A stretch of DNA of 64,000 nt from Polyangiaceae bacterium. GTDB lineage: Bacteria > Myxococcota_A > Polyangia > Polyangiales > Polyangiaceae. How positions within the stretch are numbered: position 1 is the stretch's first letter; every line of letters starts with the position of its first letter. The stretch is from contig JANRKO010000060.1 in NCBI GenBank assembly GCA_033763455.1, positions 32,001-96,000 of the forward strand, in the 5' to 3' direction. The notes under the pieces were generated by a model. The model ran no database searches and was not told where the DNA came from. It saw only the letters and a program-made list of their open reading frames with translations. Made by a program: the position numbers and the translations under genes. This document shows positions 46,042 to 55,556 of the stretch, piece by piece.

Positions 46042-47868
46042 ATGGCACTCGTTCCCCGCACCGACCTAAGAAATATCGCCATCATCGCACACGTCGATCA
46101 TGGAAAGACAACGCTTGTGGACGCCATGTTGCGCCAGACCGGCGTCTTCCGAAGCAACGAGGTTGTGAAGGACCGCGTGATGGATAGCGGAGACTTGGAG
46201 CGTGAGCGTGGGATCACGATCTTAGCGAAGCACTGCAGCATCACTTACAAGGGCACCACGATCAACATCATCGATACGCCGGGCCATGCTGATTTCGGCG
46301 GCGAGGTGGAGCGCACGTTGAAGATGGCCGACGGTGCGCTTCTGCTCGTTGATGCCGCCGAGGGCCCGCTGCCACAAACGCGGTTTGTGTTGGGGAAAGC
46401 TTTGGAGCTCAAGCTGCCCATTATTGTTGTTGTCAATAAGATCGATCGCCACGACGCACGTCCAGAGGACGTGATGACAGAGGTTTTCGATCTCTTCTGT
46501 GAGCTTGAAGCCAACGACGAGCAGGCAGATTTTGCGACGATCTTCGCGATTGGCAAAGAGGGCGTTGCCCAACGCACCCTCACTGAAAAAGGAACAGACC
46601 TAACGCCGCTTATGGATACTATCCTGGAGCGAGTTAAGCCCCCGAATGCCGATGATGAAGCGCCGCTTCAGATGTTGGTACACAATATTGACCACGATGA
46701 ATACGTGGGCCGTTTGGGTATTGGTCGCGTCTACCGCGGGACCGCCAAAGTGGGCCAAACCATCAAGCTTCTGGGGTCGGAATCCGCCACCTCGCAGCGC
46801 ATTGTAAGTATTTTTAGCTACATCGGCACCAAGCGCACCAAGGTGGAGAGCGCACGCGGTGGCGATATCGTCGCTATCTCCGGTATGGATGATGTCCAGA
46901 TTGGCGACACGCTTGCCGATCCGTTGAACCCCGAAGCTTTACCGCGCATCGCCGTGGAAGAGCCGACGATGAAGGTTCGGTTCATGGTGAGCACTTCGCC
47001 ATTTGCTGGAAAAAGCGGCAAGTGGGTAACCTCCCGCCACCTGCGCGAGCGCCTGGAGAAGGAGGGACACCGAAACCTAGCGTTGCGTTTTGAACCCACT
47101 GACGAGCCCGACACGTTCATTGTTTACGGGCGTGGTGAGCTTATGTTGGCGGTGCTCGCAGAGACGATTCGCCGCGAAGGCTACGAATTTTGCCTTGGGA
47201 TGCCAGAAATTGTGACCAAAGAGGTCGACGGCAAGCTGTGTGAACCGGTGGAGCTCGTGGTGGTGGATGTGCCGGACGAATTCATTGGCGCGGTGACGAC
47301 CCGTTTGGGTGAACGAAAGGGCCAGATGACCAAGCTCACGAGCCTTGGTTTTGGCCGCACGCGCGCTGAATTTCGAGTGCGTTCGCGTGGGCTTATCGGA
47401 TTTCGTTCGGCCTTCCTTACCGAGACGCGCGGAACGGGCCTTTTGAATACGATGTTTGACGGCTGGGAACCCTACGGCGGGCCGATGCTGCGTCGTCCGA
47501 ACGGAGCCATGGTGTCCGATCGTGCTGGCGTCACTACGCCCTACGCGCTTTTTCACCTTCAGCCCCGAGGCACCCTTTTCGTTACTTCCGGAGTGGGCGT
47601 GTATGAGGGAATGATCATCGGCGAGCACAATCGCAGCAATGATCTTGATGTAAATGCGGTGCGTGAAAAGAAGCTCACCAACATTCGTGCGGCTGGCAAA
47701 GATGAGAACGTTGTCTTGACGCCTCCCCGGCCACTCACCATCGATCTTGCCATGGAGTTTATCGACCGCGACGAGCTGGTGGAGGTAACTCCCGATGCGG
47801 TGAGGCTGCGCAAAGTCGTGCTCACTGCCAATCGACGGCCACGCCGCGAAGACGCCGACAATTCCTAA
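46042..47868 (+). CDS. typA: Translational GTPase TypA/BipA
   Basis: RNIAIIAHVDHGKTTLVD, ERERGITILAK, DTPGHADFGGEVER, NKID, TSRHLRERL, GRGEL, VYEGMIIGE, KKLTNIRAAG, DELVEVTP. Confidence 0.98.
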   Translation: MALVPRTDLRNIAIIAHVDHGKTTLVDAMLRQTGVFRSNEVVKDRVMDSGDLERERGITILAKHCSITYKGTTINIIDTPGHADFGGEVERTLKMADGALLLVDAAEGPLPQTRFVLGKALELKLPIIVVVNKIDRHDARPEDVMTEVFDLFCELEANDEQADFATIFAIGKEGVAQRTLTEKGTDLTPLMDTILERVKPPNADDEAPLQMLVHNIDHDEYVGRLGIGRVYRGTAKVGQTIKLLGSESATSQRIVSIFSYIGTKRTKVESARGGDIVAISGMDDVQIGDTLADPLNPEALPRIAVEEPTMKVRFMVSTSPFAGKSGKWVTSRHLRERLEKEGHRNLALRFEPTDEPDTFIVYGRGELMLAVLAETIRREGYEFCLGMPEIVTKEVDGKLCEPVELVVVDVPDEFIGAVTTRLGERKGQMTKLTSLGFGRTRAEFRVRSRGLIGFRSAFLTETRGTGLLNTMFDGWEPYGGPMLRRPNGAMVSDRAGVTTPYALFHLQPRGTLFVTSGVGVYEGMIIGEHNRSNDLDVNAVREKKLTNIRAAGKDENVVLTPPRPLTIDLAMEFIDRDELVEVTPDAVRLRKVVLTANRRPRREDADNS

Positions 47869-47871
47869 GCG

Positions 47872-48747
47872 CTAAAGGCGCCGGCTCTTCCTTGAAGCAC
47901 TCTTTTTAGAAGGGTGCTTCAGATCTTTTGTGCTCACCAAGAGCTCTTCCACCACACCGCGGCCACCGCCGTTGCTGTTGATGGAGCGGCGGGCTCGGAC
48001 CAGCCGGTAGCGAAAATCCTCATAGAGCGCCTGCGTTTCCGGGGTTGAGGAATTGGAGAGTACGGCAGAAATCCCCCGCCGGGCGAGCTGGCTAAAAAGC
48101 TTGGAAAGGCGTTCGTGCTCTTCGAGGGCGAAGCTATCCGCGTGGTAGCTCGTGAAATTCGACGTTTTTGATACAGGGACATACGGCGGATCGAGGTAAA
48201 TGGCGTCCCCCTTTTTGGCCTCACGGCAGACCTCTTCGAAATCCAAATTTCGGATCTCTGCCTTTTGCAGCAAGAGGGCGCACGCTCGCAGGTTCCCGGC
48301 ATCACAGATTTTCGGGTTCTTGTAACGGCCAAAGGGCACGTTGAAGCCACCCTTGCTGTTCACGCGATAAAGGCCGTTGTACCCCGTCTTGTTGAGGTAC
48401 ATGAGCCGCGCTGCCCGCGCAAAACGGTCCTTCGGCGTTGAGGCCCGCACGGCATAGTAGAAGGCTTCGCTGTGCTGATCTTGCATGTCAGTAAGGCGCG
48501 AAATGAGCTTCTCCACGTCCTCCTGGAGTGCCCTATATACAGCTACAAGCTCTCGATTTTTGTCGGATAGCACCGCCTTCTTAAAGCGATTTTGCGCCGC
48601 GAGCTCGAAGAATACGGCCGCTCCGCCCATGAACGGCTCGTAATAGGTGTTAACGCGTTCCGGCAAGAGCGGAAGGATCTCCCCCAACAACTGGGTTTTG
48701 CCTCCGGCCCACTTCAGCACGGGTCGACGCCTTCCGGTCTGCATCAC
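47872..48747 (-). CDS. Dam/DpnM-like (D12 class) N6-adenine DNA methyltransferase, orphan
   Basis: LKWAGGKTQL, YEPFMGGAAVF, YLNKTGYNGLYRVNSKGGFNVPFGRY, YLDPPY, LSNS; no restriction endonuclease is adjacent. Confidence 0.93.
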   Translation of the reverse strand: MMQTGRRRPVLKWAGGKTQLLGEILPLLPERVNTYYEPFMGGAAVFFELAAQNRFKKAVLSDKNRELVAVYRALQEDVEKLISRLTDMQDQHSEAFYYAVRASTPKDRFARAARLMYLNKTGYNGLYRVNSKGGFNVPFGRYKNPKICDAGNLRACALLLQKAEIRNLDFEEVCREAKKGDAIYLDPPYVPVSKTSNFTSYHADSFALEEHERLSKLFSQLARRGISAVLSNSSTPETQALYEDFRYRLVRARRSINSNGGGRGVVEELLVSTKDLKHPSKKSASRKSRRL

Positions 48748-48807
48748 AAACTTGGGTGATTACCCCGTTCCTTCGAGCCGTGTCTAGGTGGCGTCAGGAA
48801 AACCGGT

Positions 48808-50145
48808 CTAGTCCGAACCCACGAGCACGCTCACTTCGTACGGAAAGGCCGGCGGAGTTCCGCTGCCACGAAGGAACACGCGCGCGTGGTCTTGCGAGCC
48901 GCGATCCAAGTCAAAAGCAGCGCTACAACGGGCGTTGGCAAGGACTTGGGCAAGAGCGAGGCTTGAGTCTTGGTGGGTGTGCGCTAGCAATAGGGAGCCC
49001 CCCGGTTGTGCACAGAGGGCTCCGCGTTCGCGGAGCGTGCCGTGACTCCGAGCCATAGCCGTAGGTTCGCCGAAGCTCACGACAAGAGGAAGCTGGACCA
49101 ATTCTTCGTTGGGGGAGAGCTCCGGGCGAGTTCCAGCTGGCAACAGTCCAAACCGTCTTCCATCCGTGATCTTCAAAGTGGGGTAGCTCACTCGAAATGG
49201 GAGGTATGTGTTCCCACTTGCCCCGAGGCCGTAGCGCGTGCCAACGCTGGTACGCCCCAACGTGATGACGACGGCCACACGTGCCTGTTCACTCGGTGTG
49301 AGGTTGACACGTTCGCCGGGGAATGGCTCCGAAATTCCGGGGAGGATTCGCCAGCGGAAGGTTTGCGCGTCGATCGTGGTGAGCTCAACTTTTATGGCAC
49401 CCGTCTGCTCCGTGCGTTTCCACACTCGGGCTTTGGCACGCGGATCTGAAAGCAAAACTGGTATGCCTAGAGCCTTCAGCACAGCCTTTTCGCGAGTTCC
49501 AGGCAGCTCCACAACTTCTTCGCTCCTGGCAGGGAATGGCGTTAAAGGAAGCTCTAGCGCGGGGCCGTCACCAGCTTTCAATCGCAACTCGTGTGGCAGG
49601 AGCTGTGCGGTAACTTCTTCTACCTGCAGGCGAAACGAAACGCGGTATTGGTCAAGCACCTTGAGGCTATACGGGGGGACGCTGCAGGCAAGCAGCGCGG
49701 AAGCGAAGCGCACCAGGCGTGTGGCAACCACTTGCTCTCCGGTGATCACGAAGGCCGCGTGGGTTCCGTTTGAAAGTAGATGTGCGTCGTCCTCGTGCGG
49801 GCTCTCGGTGATATTTGCAGGCGTGCCAACGCTCCTGACCCGCCCATCGGGCAATACGCGTGCACAGGTTGCGAAGACGTCTCTCGGTCCTTCGTGACCG
49901 GGAGACGCCGCGAAAAGTACCACTCGGCCGAACAAGTAGTCCCCCAGCGCTCCCGAAGAAGGAGCCCAAACGATTTCGTCGCGTTCGACCTTTGCGGATA
50001 CCGCCTCCCCCAGAGATAGAGCGAGGGCCGAGAGATCCGCCGAGGCACCCACCACGCCTGCTCTCGGAGCCCAGGCTGCCAATAGAGCCGCGAACCCGAC
50101 CACACAGGCCTTCGGTAACAGGAGACCTCGGCGACCTTTCATCAA
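48808..50145 (-). CDS. Exported hypothetical protein with a C-terminal phosphodiester-glycosidase (NAGPA)-like region
   Basis: Signal-like N-terminus; C-terminal RGALC..GSLLLA..LAQVLANARCSAAFDLDRGS resembles the NAGPA R-x-A..LA..GC..A-x-NLDGGGS pattern but is divergent. Confidence 0.55.
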   Translation of the reverse strand: MMKGRRGLLLPKACVVGFAALLAAWAPRAGVVGASADLSALALSLGEAVSAKVERDEIVWAPSSGALGDYLFGRVVLFAASPGHEGPRDVFATCARVLPDGRVRSVGTPANITESPHEDDAHLLSNGTHAAFVITGEQVVATRLVRFASALLACSVPPYSLKVLDQYRVSFRLQVEEVTAQLLPHELRLKAGDGPALELPLTPFPARSEEVVELPGTREKAVLKALGIPVLLSDPRAKARVWKRTEQTGAIKVELTTIDAQTFRWRILPGISEPFPGERVNLTPSEQARVAVVITLGRTSVGTRYGLGASGNTYLPFRVSYPTLKITDGRRFGLLPAGTRPELSPNEELVQLPLVVSFGEPTAMARSHGTLRERGALCAQPGGSLLLAHTHQDSSLALAQVLANARCSAAFDLDRGSQDHARVFLRGSGTPPAFPYEVSVLVGSD

Positions 50146-50263
50146 CTTGGCTCCAGGTAGCCAGCCCGTGAGCCCCTCGCAAGTGTTGGGGGGAGGACCG
50201 GCCTAAAGCCACGCGCTCGGGCTTGTGACCCGGGCGAGCGGCTGATAACGCTACGGACCACTT

Positions 50264-51097
50264 GTGGCGAGCAGCAACCTCGTAGTCCGCGTAGTAACGG
50301 CTCTGACGGCAATTCCCTTGCTCGTGCTGCTCCTTTTCTGGGGGCCAGTCTGGGGCTTTGCGGCGCTGTTGTTCCTCTCAATAGGGCTTGCAGCGAGTGA
50401 ATTCTTCGCGATGACTCACCCTGGGGATCGCGTGGCTCAGGCCGTGGGGGTGCTGAGCACGGTTGGCACAGGGGTGTGCTTCTACTTGTTTTCATCCAAC
50501 GCTAAGGTGTTGGTGCTTCTTTTCATGCTCGTGCCGATCGTAGGCATGTTGGTCCCCCTTTGGCGCTTGGGGGAGGTGCAGACCGCGGCGTTGCGGGCGC
50601 TCGCGGGCGTGGCGGGCCCCTTCTACATCGGCGTTTTGCTGTCGACGTTGGGATTGATGCGGAGAGATCTTGGGGAAGTTGGCCCCGGCTATGTCGTGCT
50701 AACGCTTACGATCGCCTGGGTGGGTGATACCGGCGGCTATTTTGGAGGGCGCTTTTTTGGCAAGACCAAGCTGTATGAGTTGGTGAGTCCGAAGAAGACT
50801 CGGGAAGGCCTGGTGGGTGTCGTGCTGGGAGCGCTTGTGGCCGGAGCCATTGCGCATTTCTCGTATCTCCCCGAGATCCCGTTGTGGCACGTCCTCGTGC
50901 TTTCCGCGGTTGCCGGGGTGTTGGGTCAATTGGGGGATCTTGTGGAATCCTTGTTCAAACGTGCCACGGGTATCAAAGATTCAGGGCGGATTGTTCCCGG
51001 GCACGGAGGGTTGCTCGATCGGATCGATGCGGTGCTGATAGTGGGCCCCGCCGTCTATATTTACGCGATTTGGTTCGGCGCCAACGCAGGCTTCTGA
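50264..51097 (+). CDS. cdsA: Phosphatidate cytidylyltransferase
   Basis: RVVTAL; multi-TM; WVGDTGGYFGG, VSPKKTREG, QLGDLVESLFKRATGIKDSGRIVPGHGGLLDRID. Confidence 0.95.
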   Translation: MASSNLVVRVVTALTAIPLLVLLLFWGPVWGFAALLFLSIGLAASEFFAMTHPGDRVAQAVGVLSTVGTGVCFYLFSSNAKVLVLLFMLVPIVGMLVPLWRLGEVQTAALRALAGVAGPFYIGVLLSTLGLMRRDLGEVGPGYVVLTLTIAWVGDTGGYFGGRFFGKTKLYELVSPKKTREGLVGVVLGALVAGAIAHFSYLPEIPLWHVLVLSAVAGVLGQLGDLVESLFKRATGIKDSGRIVPGHGGLLDRIDAVLIVGPAVYIYAIWFGANAGF

Positions 51098-51233
51098 GCA
51101 CGAATGTCGCACAGTTAGCGGCTGGGGCGATACCTCCGGGAGGGGGAGCTGAACAAAAGCAATGGAGCACAAAAGCAAACGAGCCATCGTCTTTCGATGG
51201 CTCGTACCGGAGGTTAGGTTGAGAAAAAGAATC

Positions 51234-52058
51234 TCAGGCGGCTTCGGTGATGATGGCCTTGAGCATCACCATCGCACGCGAGTGCAATTGGGAGATGCGA
51301 GGCTCGCTCACGCCGAGCTCGTCGCCGAGTTCTTTGAACTTTACGCCGCGAAAGTAGTGGGCTGAGACGATGTGGCGTTCCCGCTCGGGGAGTTGATCCA
51401 CGGCGCGTGCGAGGTTCTCGCGTGCGAACTTTGCTTCAACAGCACTCTCGCTGTCCGGGACAGCTGCGCTCAAGAGCGAGCGGCTCTGCTCTGCGGGGCT
51501 CACGTCGTCAAAGCGAACAACGGAAGGAGTAGCTCGGTTGCCATCACCGCCCTTGTTGGCTAGTGCACGGACGCGGCGCGGTAACCAATCTTGCGCGCGC
51601 AATTCGTCTAGAATGGCGCCTCGGATGCGCACACGCACATACCATTCAAAGCTATCGGCCGGCTTGCCCTCGTGGCGGCGGATGGCATCCCAAAGGCCGC
51701 TCATGCCAGCTGCCAGGAGATCTTCGCGAAGCACGTTGCTGGGGAGTTTGCGCTGAAAGCCGCCCACGATTTGGCGAACGAGGGGGGTGTAGAGGGTCAG
51801 TAAATCGTCGGTGCGCTGTAGATCACTTCGCTTGGTTCGCGCTCGGTGAACGACTGTCGCGGGGGACACTGCCGCGGGTCGCTTGGGACGAATTTTGTCA
51901 GCAACCACTTTGGCCTGCGCTTTGGCTCGGCGCGCTGGTTTCGGCGGAATCGAGGCACGGGGGATGATGGAAATCCGTGAAGGTGCCGTATGTTCCGTAG
52001 AACGCCGGTTACTGGCTGGGGTCTTTCGGGCTGTCTGTTTCGAGTGTCGCAAACTCAT
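51234..52058 (-). CDS. FliA/WhiG-like RNA polymerase sigma factor lacking most of region 3, with a basic N-terminal extension
   Basis: Region 2 YTPLVRQI..LPSNV..EDLLAAGMSGL..RIRGAILDELRAQDWLPR; region 4 LPERERHIV..Y..FKELGDELGVSEPRISQLH; GGAGG SD. Confidence 0.88.
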   Translation of the reverse strand: MSLRHSKQTARKTPASNRRSTEHTAPSRISIIPRASIPPKPARRAKAQAKVVADKIRPKRPAAVSPATVVHRARTKRSDLQRTDDLLTLYTPLVRQIVGGFQRKLPSNVLREDLLAAGMSGLWDAIRRHEGKPADSFEWYVRVRIRGAILDELRAQDWLPRRVRALANKGGDGNRATPSVVRFDDVSPAEQSRSLLSAAVPDSESAVEAKFARENLARAVDQLPERERHIVSAHYFRGVKFKELGDELGVSEPRISQLHSRAMVMLKAIITEAA

Positions 52059-52084
52059 GGGGTGATCCTCCGGACCCTCGGCAA

Positions 52085-52100
52085 AGCAGCGACCGTGCCA
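52085..52100 (-). promoter_or_regulatory. Sigma-54 promoter of the FliA/WhiG-like sigma gene
   Basis: The minus strand reads TGGCACGGTCGCTGCT (GG-N10-GC, one mismatch to consensus). The predicted TSS (~52074) is just upstream of the GGAGG SD and ATG 52058. Confidence 0.75.
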
Positions 52101-52434
52101 GGTCGTCCAAATTCGAGAATTTGCCTGTTTCTTTGCGAGACGCCGCCGCCTTGTGGGTCGCCAGTGACCTTGGACGCCTCCGGGGAATATTCCAGTGAAG
52201 ACACAACAGTTCTGGGAATTTTGTTTAATTTCAGTGAGTTACACGGGAGCCTTCTGCCGGCGGCCCAGCTGGGGTAAAACCGACCCGCTTGCGGCGAATG
52301 GTGACAATTCCTGCTAAACCCAGGCAATTTGCGGCCGGGTCAGGAGCAACCCGGGCGCGAGCCAGCCGGTTTGTTGCCGGTTTATCCCGGATGATGCGAG
52401 AGTTCCGAGTGCTCGCATTCCTGGTGGCCACAAC

Positions 52435-53514
52435 ATGAGAGAAGGAAAGAACCTCGTCGGTGTCGATATAGGCTCGACGGGCATCAAAGTGTGCCAGCTG
52501 GAGGATACCCGCCGGGGTGTCCGGCTTGTTCGATTTGGGTATGCCCCCTTGGCGCCCCAAGTGGTGGTGGATGGTCAGGTGATGGACGCCGGCGCCGTAA
52601 CGGCAACGCTGGAACAAGTCTTTTCGCAGTACAAGATCCGGGAGCGTTCCTGTGCCCTCAGTGTATCGGGCCAGAGCGTGATCATTCGCAAGATCACCGT
52701 TCCGATGATGACCGATGCGGAACTGGCCGAGCAGATCACGTGGGAGGCTGAGCAACATATCCCCTTTGACATCAAAGATGTCGAGGTGGACTACCAGGTG
52801 CTTAGAAGGCGCCCGGAGGCGAGCCAGATGGATCTGTTGCTGGTTGCCGCGAAGCGCGATCAGATTAACGACTATGCTCAGCTGGCACGCAATGCCAAGT
52901 TGAAGCCGGTGATCTGCGATATCGACGCCTTTACGGTGCAGAATCTCTTCGAGCGTGCACGTGGTTTGCCGGCAGGTCAGATTATCGCGATCATCAACGT
53001 TGGAGCGAGCCTTTCGTCGCTCAACGTGGTTGCCAATGGGGTGAGCGCCTTTACACGCGAAATCGCTAATGGCGGCAACCTGATCACCGAAGAGATCCAA
53101 AAGGCACTGGGGATGCCCCAAGAGCAGGCCGAGGCTCTGAAATGCGCCAGTACGCTCCAGATATCTCCAGATTCGAGCCGCTCGGGCGCCCAGCCGCACA
53201 ACCTGATGCGCATCATCGAGGCGGCAACGGACGCAATTGCCGCCGAGATCCAGCGTAGCCTCGACTTCTACCTCGCCACCAGCGGCGAGACAGAGATTGC
53301 GCGTATGTACTTAACAGGCGGCAGCGCCAATCTCCCGAGCCTGGCCCAGGCCATTGAGCGGCGGGCTCGCGTTCCGGTGGAAGTGTGGTCGCCTCTTGAA
53401 GGCCTCACGGTGGATCCGAAACATGTGGATACCACGTTGCTAGAGGCGCGTTCGGCACAATTGGCGGTCGCTCTCGGCCTTGCGCTGCGTAAGCAAAAAG
53501 AGGTGCGGGCGTGA
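52435..53514 (+). CDS. pilM: Type IV pilus assembly protein PilM
   Basis: VGVDIGSTGIKV, VIIRKITVP, WEAEQHIPFDI, LLVAAK, INVGAS, EIQRSLDFY, LTGGSA, VALGLALR. Confidence 0.96.
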   Translation: MREGKNLVGVDIGSTGIKVCQLEDTRRGVRLVRFGYAPLAPQVVVDGQVMDAGAVTATLEQVFSQYKIRERSCALSVSGQSVIIRKITVPMMTDAELAEQITWEAEQHIPFDIKDVEVDYQVLRRRPEASQMDLLLVAAKRDQINDYAQLARNAKLKPVICDIDAFTVQNLFERARGLPAGQIIAIINVGASLSSLNVVANGVSAFTREIANGGNLITEEIQKALGMPQEQAEALKCASTLQISPDSSRSGAQPHNLMRIIEAATDAIAAEIQRSLDFYLATSGETEIARMYLTGGSANLPSLAQAIERRARVPVEVWSPLEGLTVDPKHVDTTLLEARSAQLAVALGLALRKQKEVRA

Positions 53515-54158
53515 TCAAGATCAACCTTCTGCCCGATAAGACGCGCACCAAAGGCAAAAAAACGAGCGAAGCGAGCCAGGTTTGGCTCGTGGTTATCCTG
53601 GTAGTGTGTCTTGCCGAGGTAGCGGGTCTATTTGTCTTCCATGGGTTCAAGGAGAGCGAGCTCGCCGAACAGACCCAGAAGAACGCTATCATTCAGAAGC
53701 AGATCGACCAGGCCAAGACCGCCGTGGCTGACCACGCCAAGGTCAAAGAAAAGCTCGCACAACTGCGCGCGCGTGAGGATGCGATAGCCGAGCTCCAGAG
53801 CGCCCGCACGGGCCCCACCGCCATGTTATTGGAACTTGCTCGCATTTTAACCCCTGGGCGAGGGCCGAGCGTTAATCCGGATCAGCTCAACAAGCTCCGA
53901 AGGGACAATCCTCTCGCTATCTACAACCCAGCTTGGGATGCCCGGCGGCTTTGGATATCTGACCTCAAAGAGGAATCTCGCAAGTTGAGCCTGCGCGGGA
54001 TTGCTCGAGACGGTGAGGATGTAAGTGAGCTCGCGCGGCGGTTGAATCTCTCGAGCTACTTCACAGATGTTAAGTTGCTCCCAGCCAAGCAGGTAACGGT
54101 GGTTAAAAGCGGGCCACAGTTGATCGAGTTCAACCTTGAAGCGATGGCGAGGTACTAA
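53511..54158 (+). CDS. pilN: Type IV pilus assembly protein PilN
   Basis: N-terminal IKINLLP motif, TM helix, coiled coil, LWI..L.G.A; GTGA overlap with pilM. Confidence 0.93.
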   Translation: MIKINLLPDKTRTKGKKTSEASQVWLVVILVVCLAEVAGLFVFHGFKESELAEQTQKNAIIQKQIDQAKTAVADHAKVKEKLAQLRAREDAIAELQSARTGPTAMLLELARILTPGRGPSVNPDQLNKLRRDNPLAIYNPAWDARRLWISDLKEESRKLSLRGIARDGEDVSELARRLNLSSYFTDVKLLPAKQVTVVKSGPQLIEFNLEAMARY

Positions 54159-54772
54159 TGGCCGACTCCGCCCTTTCTAAATTGGCCCTCCCCGCTAAAA
54201 TTGGCATTGGCGTTGGCATGGGGGCCCTCTTGGCGTTCGCCTACTTTGTCGTTTTCTACGGAGATGTAGCCAGCAAGATCGAGGCTGCCACAAGCTCTGA
54301 GGAGCGCCTGAAGGTCGAACTGCAACAATGGAATAAGTCCAAATCCGACTACAACAAGGACCTAGCAGAGCTTACCGATCGCGAGCAACGTCAAACAGAA
54401 CTCAACAAGATCCTCCCGGCCACAACCGAGTATCCCGCGTTTCTGAGTTCTGTGCAGAGCGTCGCCAATACCACCGGTGTTGTGTTGAATGCGTGGACGC
54501 CCGAGGACGAGGTGAAAAAAGAGTTTTACGCTCGTATCCCGATGAAGCTGGAACTTCAGGGGCGCTACCATCAGATTGCGCGATTCTTCTACGGCGTGGG
54601 CCAGCTCGATCGCATCATCAACATGGAGAACATCGCGCTCACTCAACCCCAGGCAAAGGGTGATGAAGTGACCGTGAGCGTCAAGGTGCTGGCAACGGCG
54701 TTTCGCGCGCTCAGCGGAGAGCCGGATGCGAAAGCGGACAAGCGCGGCAACGCTTTAGGGGGTAAGCCGTGA
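54158..54772 (+). CDS. pilO: Type IV pilus assembly protein PilO
   Basis: TM helix, coiled coil, LP..E, FYARIPMKLELQGRYHQIARFFYGVGQLDRIIN; operon position. Confidence 0.93.
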   Translation: MADSALSKLALPAKIGIGVGMGALLAFAYFVVFYGDVASKIEAATSSEERLKVELQQWNKSKSDYNKDLAELTDREQRQTELNKILPATTEYPAFLSSVQSVANTTGVVLNAWTPEDEVKKEFYARIPMKLELQGRYHQIARFFYGVGQLDRIINMENIALTQPQAKGDEVTVSVKVLATAFRALSGEPDAKADKRGNALGGKP

Positions 54773-55350
54773 AGCGAGTATTCGGAGCACTGCTCTTGGG
54801 AGGTGCCTGCACACTGGTCTCAGCTTGTGAAGAACCCGTTGTGACAAGCAGTAGCACGACTGCGACGCGTGCGCCGAGTGCTGCGGCTGCCAGCAGCGCC
54901 CCCGTGGAGCAGGGGCCGCCTCGGGTAGAGTTTCAGGAATCCGAGTTTGCGGAGACTGACCGCAGCCGGGACCCATTTCGTAGTTATGAAGATCTCATCG
55001 TTGCCGAGGTCCGGGGTAACCTGCGCTCGCAGCGCAACGTTGTTTTGGATGAGTTCTCGATTGACGAACTCCGCCTGATTGGCATTGTCACCGGGATCGA
55101 ACCGGCCAAGGCCATGCTGGTAGATCCGAAGGGCAAAGGGCACGTGGTTGAGCGGGGTCAGTTTATTGGTCGCTCAGAGCTCGTGCAGGGGACGGGGGTG
55201 GGTGCGCCGAACTTCGAAATCAATTGGCGCATCGACCGCATTCGCGAAGGTGACATCGTTTTGGTCCGCGAAGACCCAAACAATCCCGACGTGCCAAGCG
55301 CCACACGTGTAATTGCCCTCCGACCTGAAGGTGACGCCACCCTCCAGTAA
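54769..55350 (+). CDS. pilP: Type IV pilus lipoprotein PilP
   Basis: Lipobox VSAC; RDPFRS; LDEFSIDELRLIGIV..AMLVDPKGKGHVVERGQFIG. Confidence 0.93.
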   Translation: MKRVFGALLLGGACTLVSACEEPVVTSSSTTATRAPSAAAASSAPVEQGPPRVEFQESEFAETDRSRDPFRSYEDLIVAEVRGNLRSQRNVVLDEFSIDELRLIGIVTGIEPAKAMLVDPKGKGHVVERGQFIGRSELVQGTGVGAPNFEINWRIDRIREGDIVLVREDPNNPDVPSATRVIALRPEGDATLQ

Positions 55351-55556
55351 GGCTTGGGCCGGAAGGCCTGCCACGGGCCGGGAGCCCGCCGTGGCCAAGA
55401 AAGGCTGGTTGGTGTGTTTACATCGAGTCCAAAGCCCTGCCACAATCGAAGAAACGTGCCCGTAAGGAATCTCTTAGACTCGGTTTGCCAGGGCTCTGCT
55501 GCCACAGGTAGCGGTCCTTTTTGCGATCAACCCCGTAATGCTCGTGGAGCGCAGCC

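Noticed and set aside
44880..48750. TA pair plus methyltransferase as a prophage or mobile island
   Set aside because: They are separated by the core gene typA, and no integrase, transposase, att repeats or phage genes are visible.
52231..53199. 322-aa minus-strand ORF
   Set aside because: Antisense shadow of pilM.
55353..55399. c-di-GMP-I (GEMM) riboswitch before pilQ, suggested by a GNRA hairpin followed by GCCACGGG
   Set aside because: It lacks the conserved GGCAAA and GACGCAAA junction nucleotides; kept only as a generic structured spacer.
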